Virus record (IMG/VR): IMGVR_UViG_3300020474_000020
Coordinates: 1-54,312 of that record
DNA: 54,312 nt
Strand: one strand, 5' to 3'
Source: a virus
Taxonomy: Duplodnaviria; Caudoviricetes
Shown: positions 19,001 through 30,000 of the stretch, in pieces
How positions within the stretch are numbered: position 1 is the first letter of the stretch
How the letters are laid out: each line of letters begins with the position of its first letter
Notes under the pieces: generated by a model
The model's database searches: none
The model's input: only the letters and a program-made list of their open reading frames with translations
Told to the model about the DNA's origin: nothing
Position numbers and translations under genes: made by a program

Positions 19001-21006
19001 AAATTTTGATATTCTCCTTTAGAGGAGCTACTTTGAATTTTACTAGCCTGACTCCACTGTGAAATCCAATTTCCTTGAGAAAAGTTAGCGATTCTTAATT
19101 TATTAGGTTTGCCAGTTTCCTCAGTAAAAACAATCTTTTGTTCATATTTATCTTGATTCCACTCTTTTAGTTTTCGATAAAAATCTTCTCGAAAAGTTCT
19201 TTTTGTAATTCCAGCCTTAGATAGTTTTAATTTTAAAGCACCAAACACCATATCTTTTATTGGATGCACTTTAATTTTATTAGCTTCCACAATTTCAAGT
19301 TCAAATATTCCAGTGTCATAAGTCGAGATTTGAATTACGCCTTTATTTTTTGGTGTTCCAAAGAAAGAAGATGTTGCATATTCACTTTTAATATCATTAA
19401 CCGCGCTACTAAATTGTCTGTCAGTGTAATCTTGAATAGTATTAATATATTGATCATATCGTCCAGCTATCGTACTATGATATATTTGTGCTTCTTCTTT
19501 CTCTTTTAAGTCTGCTTCTGCAAATGAAATATTACCGAAACGTCTAGCAGTTATAAAAACTTCTCTAGGATTGAAAACAAACTGAATTCCATTAGACTCT
19601 AAAGGTTTAGGAAAACTGGCATTTTTAAAATATATTGATTCGTTAGGAGATTTAGTAGCTGGATAATACAAAGGAGATATTTTATTCATAATAGAATTAT
19701 AGCTATAGGCTGAATCTGTTCCCGGCTTGAGAGCGTAGGTAAACCGACTCTCGCCCTCATCAATGCCCTCATTAGTAATTGAACCGGCAAAAGGTCTTAA
19801 GAAACGTTCAATTTGAACTGGGTCAACGCCAGCAAATCGACCGAAATCTACTCCATACCAGTGTTGCCAATAAACATCCCTGCCTCTGTCTGGAAGTTGT
19901 ACAAAATCAACATCTCCTGTAACTATTTTTGTAAGAGTGTCAGGAACTCTATGCTCTTCTTTTGTCTCCCAGTAGAAATAACCTCTAGTTTGTGAGTTGT
20001 CTGATGAACGAGCAATCATACTATCTTTAAGAGTTTTATATGAAAGTCTCGAAGAAGTGTAAGCACCTTTGTGTGTGTTATACTTACCAGTGTTATTATT
20101 ATAGTCGTTTAAATCTCTATAAGAAAAAGGTGGCGATAGAAGTATGTCTTCCTTTCTTAAATCATAACGACCGTCATGAAAGCGTTGACCGTTATTTTTA
20201 GTGAGTTTAAATTTACACTCCCACAGTGCTGGTAAATCATATTCTATTGTAAAGTCAGTATATAATCCTACATTGTCATTGTCAAATCTTATGTTTGAAA
20301 GTCCAAGATTACTTCTTGTTCTTTTAAGTGAATCGAAATCTGACTTTTTAATCATTATGTAAACACCACCCACTATGGTGTTTTTACCATCAGTTAGATG
20401 GTTTATATTGGAATGAGAGCCACCTCCAAAAGATGCTCCTGTTCCATAAACAACTTTTGCTTTCATTGGACCAGAAAAAGCTGGATAACCTTTAGTACTC
20501 AAACCTTCAGAAAGTTGCTCTTTAACTCTTTTTTTCAATGTATCTACATCTGTATCTCGTAAGATATCTGACTCTTTAAAAGACCTACTCTTACTAGTTG
20601 AGTCTGTAGATGAGCTAGTTGTTGGTGGCTGTATATAATTAACAATTTTTGTGGGTTGATTGAATGATTTGGTGTATGCACTTATATTTCTAATTATTTT
20701 ATTTTTTCTTGAATTCCATTTTCCGGGTTCAGCAGGTTCGCCACCGATAGATTCACGGTGAGTTTGCTTATAATAACTACTTTTAGTATCATAAGAGCGA
20801 AGCTTTTCATTTATTACGGCGGGAGGAGCATCTTCTGATGTCAAGTTTATTGGCTCTGAACTGAAACCGTATAATATAACATACGTTTCTTTTTTTAAGA
20901 GTTTAATCTTAAAATCATCAAGAGTGGGCATTGCGTTTGGATCGCCGTCTTTAATTACAATATTTTGAATTTTTCCATCATCAGATAATTTATTATAATT
21001 AACCAT
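13024..21006 (-). CDS. Giant adhesin-like virion protein (2660 aa) with propeller repeats and poly-Thr linkers
   Basis: Uninterrupted 8-kb ORF; repeats such as LSKDGEFIA, LNDSGNLLI, ISKDGKVLA, INKDGSVIA, FGTDISLNASGNILAV, LSGDGDSIV; two poly-Thr tracts. Confidence 0.75.
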   Translation of the reverse strand: MVNYNKLSDDGKIQNIVIKDGDPNAMPTLDDFKIKLLKKETYVILYGFSSEPINLTSEDAPPAVINEKLRSYDTKSSYYKQTHRESIGGEPAEPGKWNSRKNKIIRNISAYTKSFNQPTKIVNYIQPPTTSSSTDSTSKSRSFKESDILRDTDVDTLKKRVKEQLSEGLSTKGYPAFSGPMKAKVVYGTGASFGGGSHSNINHLTDGKNTIVGGVYIMIKKSDFDSLKRTRSNLGLSNIRFDNDNVGLYTDFTIEYDLPALWECKFKLTKNNGQRFHDGRYDLRKEDILLSPPFSYRDLNDYNNNTGKYNTHKGAYTSSRLSYKTLKDSMIARSSDNSQTRGYFYWETKEEHRVPDTLTKIVTGDVDFVQLPDRGRDVYWQHWYGVDFGRFAGVDPVQIERFLRPFAGSITNEGIDEGESRFTYALKPGTDSAYSYNSIMNKISPLYYPATKSPNESIYFKNASFPKPLESNGIQFVFNPREVFITARRFGNISFAEADLKEKEEAQIYHSTIAGRYDQYINTIQDYTDRQFSSAVNDIKSEYATSSFFGTPKNKGVIQISTYDTGIFELEIVEANKIKVHPIKDMVFGALKLKLSKAGITKRTFREDFYRKLKEWNQDKYEQKIVFTEETGKPNKLRIANFSQGNWISQWSQASKIQSSSSKGEYQNLVTLGDRKEERTNNNYYENIRYSYLTYDSRLKRNVTEFGNFTYKVIIRSVYREKKTYDIFHTSDNSKALKRLSTYSTYSTPATGGGGNAQKDETLPAGQQIPKRLDPLVYNMVPHVEFNDDGTKLLIAQQSIGNYNTSDRTRLANYREGYLKIIDRVSTQEVDNKVRISFDIDPTGEKSQYQISYFNDLHTNREKLQQASNPIGMRGFENTKFGLSKDGEFIACLTNPSVGYRPAPNKFLLYKNSSAERDVKEYNSANEGGLFRPSLVQNNIPLNTPLNPLSSDYDYNAQENLDFLVQEQPFDGLSVNNPNQELTCIPHWDTGYPEKGKRHYVRDNRGFVHSSTQVYTYANELRIDYPLSIQAIESFKTGTLGFLKSKARQAYMYRDSEGKIRATTWNQPFFNYNGQTLHDPEKQPPFTTVYTLTGLPNCISVELRVDTSDPDSLTGIDEDNFKYRPYFSFAGTKPYIGTDVLTTDGMYNIERTYTQPSSNRLGKIAHTMPSRSFAIGVGIHKFINIPYTHPITFLVDDIEGVTIKTIEGETFNETVLRSKYRGSTDGPVRSTLSHSYVNKKTGQVYAKDYYSGSLILEITPKYFDNNDNPPIEMVTMQRLMSFEGKTYDITPRSVLIYPTESCASSNLSETVSSDGDITYGTTTTTTTTTTTTLPPGEPRFHFDRFRLERKYRVNSSLVIDSGPRFSQIELNDSGNLLIFKNKYIDFRTGLGDLGTLKAGQIANRGSLSFSHQQYQDAGGGNRQYGFYSEKPVNSLESYDASNPTLGIPISEKAHLMFGGSYPDSARYEVADFDIDSSGRNLYYQPSDGPNKNFLMQTQHFWSGFSDLQMDFGYLYNSPSKAGPINVVTKIKKFAISKDGKVLAIIQSPDEFIKHAPNIEGFAFGFGNARQLYPLSGQYPHQKPGSFSNIVIIDRDGSSVRNGAIGGTTWEVPIGKPGHVSFEAYEDIRINKDGSVIAGLRYENNSALRSIHFSKTLKEGGVNTSYNNSKAFGSNTNLSVDGGRDFQYKNGFYIDVWQYNAVDKRWDMLGAKDVGGSINELRYFTSGDKHSIRLSEHLSLSRDYFNIDYDMNDSGNVIAVAFRNHSRQSFHFQEIHAFNQSQNEWVKTFSRDSRDPIILQERQYGDNGPYDADVLDDYGNGVFNRNVKFCHIHNKVSINNSGNIVAFSNPGRPNTNSPYMINHFDLLKLYNTQVEFSGAAQHGCFELLYSPDADMHEASYYDLASEFGEPNPKALGLTSDAALNTDVRASTFGTDISLNASGNILAVSQEGLNSKDVVGVDFYDVKVAIDNFVVTTTTTTTTTTVRPMPLKYHIPASGTIYTFDKDNDSYNSLIRNFSMDASGHNIAVVNPRKPTGAAATFLYNGKGTILCRNYSQHSDFISDTAYENLSEGRRKTLLNNPPPISGVGGGNQFTTKTEDPRYNAYYGLGQVYDVLGAVKSEYNIVHSENYHPIDDIQASVNSSGTLAIFSYKIPRYERVNNLFTRSSEIEIVDLTKTRPVMVRKSADEDRLAYLSGILPYTEGSGLIYSSGAESYRYTYFDEKELNVPNYYDPSIADNGTVIIARYTNTMLTYRIANSGSVLSANGDTSYNFNSSVLVEKKDFHMGQRSTMYNQHESRYYLSTHYPPNAYLRGQHGGNKLRDFKGSIIWNDYTKFDHGPLAANFGYKSDIKTTSISNQGHVVAYLRCRDITSDSVSSIYHPVTGTMLHRADVFNTPYRRTPDSHYNYSLKEKDKQRSLLFETTIEGIDPGPHFITSIFHEVENVNTEKRNDKLATRPLPFELSGDGDSIVVGSGLYRRNGGFAYRNYFFMENPWQFDRLRDIGYTQDFINQIDYENNRYSPLLIDNAINKDGTVIAGLWGYKWDETIASPERSIRNSYEANTTARFGYQRRHYIISVWTSGQSASSWDSQIRFFTGNRCNNISLTASGDLVAYAMTEDNWHNNYYESQTFYKDGNKNVKEDMRRGYINFLENENIGHTPPT

Positions 21007-21008
21007 AA

Positions 21009-24000
21009 TTAATATCCTCCTCCACCGCCACCGCCACCTCCACCGCCGCCACCGTCATCACCGCCATCATAAGTATCATCAGGCGTAACGTCACCACCTC
21101 CAGTTATTGGAGAAATTGTTAAAGCAGAAGTTGATATTGGTGCTAAACTGACAAAATCTGTTTGTACTTGAATAGACTGAGAAACAGTATCATCATATTC
21201 TGGTAATAAGTTTGCGGGCATAGGGCCAACTCCATTTTCTGTATATCTAAGAACAACATTGTCCCAGCCATTATTCTTTCCTTTATAGCTTTCTATAAAA
21301 TCATTTGATGTATAGGTATTAATTTTATATCCATTATAGAGTTTATTAGCTGATACACTTGTATTAGCAATTAAAGAAACTGGCCCTTGGAAAACACTGT
21401 TTTCTGTGCTATCTATAAATTGATTAGAATACTTATTCTGCTCTAAATCTTCCCTATCAATTGGATTTAACAAATCCTCTCGTGAACGGTTTAAAGGAAG
21501 TCTAGTAGACATGACATAGGTAGTTTGGGATGAACGACCACTCCTTGTAATTACAACTTTAACCTCTCCAGAAAGAACTGGAATACTATTTACTGCCATG
21601 AAAACAATTCCATACTCATTAACATGATTAACCCATTGACCACCTCCCGCAAAGGTATCAATTAAAACTCCGTCACTACTGGCTGCTGCGCGTCTTCTGC
21701 TTCTAATTTTTAATCCCTTATGCCACCAATCAATATCAAAACTTTCGCCTGCGACCGCATTGCTAATCTTAATAGACAATACACTATTTTCAGTATAAAA
21801 TGCTGTGTCAGATATGTTATGAATATCAAATATATTCTCTACATTTGTTTCTTTTGCGAGGCTTCTAAGATTTTTTACCCTGCCTGTGTTAACAGCGAAA
21901 GGATTTGAGTTCTGTATAACATCCCTCTGCGCTCTGTTTATAATAGAATCCTCCACGCCTTTACCAAGCCTTGGAATTAATATATCCCTAGTATTTATTT
22001 GAGAAACATTATATTTGATAACATTATAAGTGGTTACTTTAGCTATATTTTCCCACCTTATGGTAATGTCGTCAACGACATCTCTTTCATCTGGTAATCG
22101 TATTATTCTATCATTTTCTTTTTTAGTCTCAACTGTTGAAGGATTATTTCCATCAGGTTTGATAAAAGTTTCTGGCTTAGAGTAATTAGCATCTCTGTCA
22201 TCTGGTAGATAGCCTTTTTGTTTAATAAAATTAAAATATGGGTTTTCAAAATCAACTCCTTCAGACAACAACTTTGGATTTAATATTCCCGTTTTGCCAC
22301 CATCTATTAAATAGACCTTAACACCTTCTAAAGAAGCTACAGCCAATAGTAGGGGCATTGAACTCCAATCATTTGGATTGAGTTGTCTTAAAGATAATTT
22401 AGATCCTGCTAGAATTGAGGTTGATTCAATTTTTGCACAAATCCTATTATTTTCATAACTTCTAACAACAATGGTTGGAAATCTTCCATACAGATGGTAA
22501 CTGTATGCATAAAAATCACCGTCTGTTGAAGTATCTTCCACGTTGACTCCAACAGGAATTTCGTCTGCGTTTTCATTATCATTAAAGATACTAGATCTAT
22601 ATACATTTATTGGGCCTAAGAAATCTGAATTATCATCTGCAAAAGAAATTCTAGTGTCGTCTTGAGAGCTAAAAGAAAAATTGGAAGGACTAGTTGACAG
22701 ACTGCTGATAGTATTCAATAACCCGCTCTCATAAACATTTCTATTTTGAGTATATGAAAATCCGTCATCTGTTGGTAAGCAGAAAATTTCTCTTGTTTTA
22801 ATAAGTCTATTTTGAGAATCAAAAAGTGTTGCAACAAACCTTTGTTCAAATTCTTCCATTCCAAAATCTAGTGTCTTATTAGTCGTATCGAAATCTTCTG
22901 GATAATCTCTATATACTACAGCTGGATTATCTACTTGATGAGCAATATTAGCAATGCCATTTATATTGGGTCGATTATGTACTGTATATCCAGAAGACAC
23001 TGAAAAAGCATCATACACGCGAACATCACGAACATCCAGACTTCTTCCGGTTTTTTCGTATTGAGGATAAAACAATGGATCAACATCATTTCTAACTACT
23101 AATTTTTTATTTGCACTAGTTTCATAATAAGATTGTAAAGTTTGCTGATTTGAAGAATTTTCATTAATTTCTGAATCTAAAAATATTCGTTTAACAGTGT
23201 GTGTTTTTGCTAAGAAATATTTGTCTGAAACTTCTAGTTTTTTTTCTTGTTCAATTTCATTTCTTAATTTAGATAAGTGATCGCTTAAGTATGTTGGAGT
23301 AGAATGATTGATACACTTGGACCTAGCTAGATAAATCCTAAATGCTTCAGCATTCCCCGTAAGTATAGAAATAAAATCCCTTGTAATAAAAGTATTACGC
23401 CCAGAGTTTTTAAGATAAGCATTAATACGGTTTTCTGGCCTACCCCCTTTAGTAATTCTTAGTATAACATTACCCCAGTACCAATCACACTGTGAATCTT
23501 CATTTGGCCTTATTGCAACTTCATCTTCACTAATATTATTTATCTTTCCATTAGCTCTATCTATTAGATATTCTTTATCATTAACAAAATAAGGTTTCAT
23601 AAATCTAGCGGTTTTTGCAGGATCTAAAGGTGCTAATTCAATATTAGCATTATCTCTAAAGTCATAGTCAGTTATAGGCTGACTTCTAGGAACATCCAGC
23701 AAATATACTTCAAATACTCCTTTTGCTCCCATGCCATCTCCCCAAGCGGCTAAATAAGTATTGCCGTTCACACCGTTTGGAGATCCCAGAAAACTGTCAG
23801 TCCAATAATCCGGTATATTATCACGATGACCAGTTATTTCTAGTTCATCGGATACAATTAAACTTCCAACATTATGAATAAATTTCATGTTTGCAATATT
23901 ACGTCTAAAATAAGGAAGGTCAGGATTTTCACTATAACGCCTTGTATTTTTTGTGTCTAGAACAATGCCATAAGGTAGACAAGTTTCTCCTTCTGGCACG

Positions 24001-27000
24001 GTTGGAAGTGGAATATATACAGGAGCAAGAGTTGTGGTTGTAGCAGTAGGGTCAATTGCAGGATCGTCTGTAGTTGTAGTCGTGGTTGTAGCTTGGTCTC
24101 TAAACCAATCTTCCCAATTATCATAACCTTCTGGAAGTGATGGATCGTTAAATATAGGATCTTCCTGATAAACAATGGGACTGCTCGTTGTCGTGGTAGT
24201 TGTCGTTGTTAAAGATGGAACCCTTGATGGTTCAGGCTCAACAAACGCTGGACAAGAGCTATCATAAACTAAATTAGCAGCCCCACCCATAAAGCCGTGA
24301 TTATAACATTCATAGCTAGCTGTTCCAAAATTATCTTTAACAGTTAGTACTATTGTGCTTGTTCCAACAGTTGCTCCATAAGCTGAATCAACACCTTGAA
24401 TATTCTTTTTAATATTAATGTTACTATGTTGAATATTATTTAATTGATACTGAAATTGAGGTCCATCAGCAAATGTAGTCTCTGCGCCCTGAGTAATCGC
24501 TAATGTTCCGTCAGCTGGATAGAAAGCAATTGGGTGTTGTGTGCTGACATTTTTAAAACGATAGACACCGTTTCTTAATTTAAATTTATGATTTACGCTA
24601 GAAAGCCCATTGAAAGTATAGTAACGTTGACTGCCAACAGTTTCAACGCCAACATCAATATCATAATCTAAACAAACTTCGTTTTTTTGATTCAGGCTGG
24701 CACAATTGAAACCTTGAGCATTCGCTTCTGCAACACCTAAAAGCGCAACATCTTTTCCGTCTATGTAATTTGGGTTAGTGCCAACTACTCGTTTAGTTGA
24801 TAATGTTAAAAAGCTTTCACCCTCCCAAGTATCATAACCCTCACGCAAGAAAATAGTAATTATCCCACTAAAATACTTTTGTAATCCAGCGCCGGGAAAT
24901 TCAAATTCCTGTATTGTCGAAGCTGTAATATGAATAAATGGATTATCTTTAAAATAATAATTAGTTAGTCTAGAACTAGTGTGAATAGTATACGCATTAT
25001 TAGGATAAACATAAAAATCATAACCGGGAATTATTCTATCATGAGCTTGGATACCATGAGGTTCTGCGTAAAATAAACCTTCTACATAATTATTTCTATT
25101 AGTACTTGGTACAGGGCTATCAGGATTAATTACAAATATTTTCTTTTGATGATTCGTAGAAACAACGCCAACATGACCCGGAGTATTAAAATCTTCTGAG
25201 GGTTGCGCATTAAGATATTCTGAATTCCAGTAAGATACAGCTGGCAAACACTTGGGATTATTTCCTACTAATGGAATAGCAGTTGTTGTTGTCGTAGTTG
25301 TTGTAGTGGTTGTGGTAGTAGTTGTAGTCGTTGTTGTTGTAGCGTCAGGTTGAGTTTCTTCTGGTTCTAAAGTTGGTGGAGTTGTATTAGTAAATGATGA
25401 TAAATCATAAACAAAAAGCTCATTTGGTACGCGAACTACGGTGTTGTTTGTAGGGAAAATTTTCTTATTAAGTACAGCACTAGCGCCTACTGCTAGCAAA
25501 GACCCATTTTCAGTCATAGCTATGGACAATCCAAATCTTTCTTCAGACCCATCACTTATTAGCTGCCCAGATTGATTACGAAGGCGAGGGAAAATATTTA
25601 CTCCAAGTTGCTCAAACGCTATTACCCATTTATTTTGCCTTGGAAGGGATCGTATGGCACTTGATTCTTCTGGACTAGAGCTAGTTGGCAATACAGTAGG
25701 TAGAGAATATGTTTCTTCTAATTTTATAACTCTAACACTTCCTTTGTCTGTCACTCTGAAAGATTCAGAATTAGCACCAAAGCACATGGCTATTATACTA
25801 CCATCTTTACTTATTTCTACATCAATTATATTTCCTTTATCTCTAATATCTAAGCCATTACCTAGTCCAAACGGTGCGCGTACATTCTGAATGTAATGTA
25901 CGTTAAATGCTTGACTAAACATCTCTATTGGAACTTCGTCATTAGCAACATCTTCTCTGCTTTTGTAGTTATCGAAATTTGGAACTGATGAAGGGTCTGC
26001 GTAAGTTACAACACGGTCGTATACTTTAATAGTCTGTGCTGTCCTCTCTTCTCCGTCAACTTCTGTAGTGGCTGAATAGGCGATGACTAGTCTCTTACCG
26101 TCATGGCTAAGTTTTGATGCAATCACACGAACTGTATACGGCCTACTGACAGTGGATGCTTCATCAAGATAAGGCGAAATTTCACCACTATCCATATCTG
26201 GATGTGTAAGTTGTATTTGATGAGTTATTAGTAACCATCGTGGTTGGGGAATAATGGTTCCTGTATCTCTACCAGTTTCAGGATTAGCATTAGGTTTTCG
26301 TGCGTCTATTCCCCACTCGTATATGTGTACTGCTTTTCCTCGAATATCAGATTCAGTATAAGTTTCTGTAAAATTCTTGTAATTATCAATAGATATAGCA
26401 ATAACTTTTCCATTACCACTTATTGCAGAAACTTCTCCCAAGTACCTACGATGAGTAACACCAAAAGCGGAAGGATAAACTGACGTTGAAGGTAGGTAAG
26501 GAATGTACCCGTGATCATGTCCATTAACACTTGGTTTACCAGTAGCCAAACGATACAAAGGGTGTTGTGGGCTATAAACTGGGAAGAGGTTGCCATACGG
26601 ACCATAAACAGAATATCTATCACTGTCATGAGTACTATCAAAGATGTCTAGTTTTATCAAATCATTTGGCTCTGTCTTATTTGAAGACTCGTCCCTTGGC
26701 GCAAGACCATGACGAACAAGTATAGATTTGCTAGACATACCACCTTGGTAATGGTCAGATAATTGTAAAGATCCATTCCTTTGGAAAACGTAAGCCTGAT
26801 TTTCGCCCCGCTGTCCCCTGTTTTTGAAAAGAGGTACAAAAAATTCAGAGCCATCAGGAAGACGCACAACATTATCATTTGCCAATGAATATAGCCTAGC
26901 ACCATTATTATTATCATTAAAAGTAAGTCTTACATGAGGATAAGCATTTTCGATTTGCAAATTTGGAAAATCTTTGTCAGCGCCCTCGAAAAGAACATCT

Positions 27001-30000
27001 TGATAATATCCATATTGAAGTTCAGATGTCTTAAATATAAGGTTGCCATTATTATCTCTTGGGATACTTTCATAAGTCTTTGTGTCAAAATTAAAATATT
27101 TACCTCTCTTTAACACCGAAACGTTTGTAGTGAAAGCGCTTTGTGAATTACTAAAACTACCTTGATTATCATGACCATGTGTAAAAGCTATGTACTCACC
27201 GTTATTACTTATTGCTATATTATCAAATTCATAGTGTCTACCGTTACCGTCAGTGCCAATAATATTTGATTCTCTTGTAGTACGATTAATACCTCTATAA
27301 TCTCGTGTTATTAAACTGTCTGCCCTAAAACGATCAAAGGGTTCAATGCCATTAGTTGCGTTGTATATTGTGCCAGTGAGTTCTGGAGCAAGCGTCGTAG
27401 TGGTTGTAGTGGTGGTGGTTGTTGTAGTTGTACTTGTAGTCGTTGTTGTAGCCTGCGTAGGAAAATTTTCTGGTATTGTATTTCTAAGTGCATTTCTTTG
27501 AGCTTCTGTAGCTGTGTGATTGAAGATCCAAAAACCATCAGCTATATGGCCTTGCGATAAACCGGCTTCGTCTCCAGTGGGCGTTCTCCAAAGAAAAACA
27601 AATACACCAACTGAATCTGGATCAAGATTTAACTCTACTTCATGTCCAACAAATATATCAACGCTACGCCCATTAAAATCTAATGTTTCAACCCTCGTTT
27701 GCCAGAACTGAGAGTTACTTCCCCCTCCGTAAAAGCCAGCTTGTCCATCTCCGTATCTACCACCATACGGCCCGAAAGGTGTAGACATAACAGTATTAGG
27801 ACTGCCATCAGGTTTCAGGGCTTCAGGATAAGCGAAACCAACAAATGTTACATCATTTTCAAGATGAAAGAAAAAAGCGTCAACCTCTCTACTATAAAAA
27901 TCAAAATATCTTGTCTTCGTCCCTCTATAACCAGCATTCCCTTTTATACTTGTGTCACGTTGACCAATATCAGACAAAGAAAGCCTGTATTTTAAAAAGC
28001 CATCAGAAGTTTTACCATAAAGCAAATCAGTATTTTCATCGTCAACCCATTGGTAAAAGTATGGCGTATGCGCAGCAAAACCAACATATCGAATCCCACC
28101 ACTCCTTAAGAAAAAACGAATATCTTTTTGAAAATAATAATGCTGTTGACTTCCCAAATACTCAGGGAATTGTGAAAAGTTTTGCCCCGGATATGGTATT
28201 ATCCCACCTGAGAAATTACCACCACCGATAACGTTTGTCACATTTCTAGTAATAAGAAATTCAGTTCCAATAACAGGTGCTACAGTTGTGGTTGTAGTAG
28301 TGGTAGTAGTAGTTGTAGTAGTGGTGGTATTTGGAATTAGCGGAGGTCTTGTCGTGGTTGTGGTAGGCATATGTTCAGGAAAAATACCGGGAACATTAAA
28401 TACTGTTGGTATTGTGAATCCATCTTTTTTATAAACCTTACAAACACCTTGCTGTCCATCAACCGTATTGTTGCTACCGGCAATAATAATATTTGCGTCA
28501 TTAGCAATATCAAAACTTTGACCAAAATTCAAACCTACATAATCTTCAGAATCGTCCAATTGTATTGTGTTTGTTGAAGCTACCCAATCTTCTATCCTTG
28601 GGTCGTATTCATAAACGCTAATTGAGCCAAATTTACCAACTTGACTAAGATCAATAGTATGTAGTGACTTAACAATTATAAATTTACCATCAGCATTTAT
28701 TTTTATTAAATCATTAGATGGTATATTACCACCGTCTCCTGTAAAATTAAGGTCAGCATTATTTCTTAGATAGTTACGAGGATTGTCTACTAAAATGTTA
28801 GAGCCTAATTGTTCGTATGTAACATTTTTTCTTTGAAAAACCTTGACTATCAAAAGACCACCATGAGTTATGGGCCAACTACCAAATCTTTCGTTTTGAG
28901 GTAGAATAAATGCAACTATATTTCCATCAGTATCTGATGCTGTATCATAAGCCTTAAAGTTGAATTTATCACCCAGCTGTCTAAAATTATTTCGCAGATT
29001 TGTATCAATCTGATTGATAGAATCACTAGAAACAAATATATTATTAATATCAGAAATAGATGTAGATAGCTCATCTGTAAAATTTTCTATTACTTTATCA
29101 TAGCTACCATTTTGACCAATTCTATATATAGAAAACTTAGAAACATACTGTCTAGGAAAAACAGAAGAGTCTTCAAGTGAATAAGAAACCGCCAAAGTAT
29201 CGCCACGAACGATATCAAACTCAACATGTAAAACATCAACAATCTTGTTTGCGCCTTGCTCTTCAACTTCTATTGACTCAAAAAGAGTCCAAATATTAAT
29301 TGATAAATCGTACTTATATAAATTTATATAATTTCCCTCACTAACAGCTAGCAAAAATCCATCACCACTTAAGGATATGGACTTACCAAAAGCAGTGCTT
29401 TGACTGCCGAATAATTCTCCGAATGTATACCAATCTGCTCCATTCCACATGTACACATATACTGATCCATACTTTTCGTCTGAATTAGAATCGCCATTGT
29501 GGTAAGGATTAGAAACTGCCACAATATTTCCAATCCTATTAACAGAAACAGCTAAACCAAATTTGCCAATATCAGGTTCAAAACCCACTGGTAGGTATGG
29601 ATCTAAAGAACCTACCTCTGAATAAGTGGTAATAGGAAGAGGCTCTGGTGTTGTAGTAGTTGTTGTAGTTGGAGCTGATGTTGTGGTTGGGGCAGATGTT
29701 GTGGTAACTTCTCCAAATAAATCTCCATTGCATAATCTGTTGGAGCTAAATTCATTTGAATAATCTGAATCAAGTAATATATCTTCTTCATCTCGCAATA
29801 TTAACCTGAAGAAAACTTCACTAAAAATTAATTTACTATGATCAACAATATTATCTAATCTAAGTATAAAGGTTTTTTCATCTTCATCAGATACATTGTT
29901 TATATCAATTGTATAAGTATCTATTCTACTAAATGTAGGATCTTCATCATCCTTTGCTTCAACGTCAACAAAAATCTTTAGGGCTGACGAACTTTGTTCT

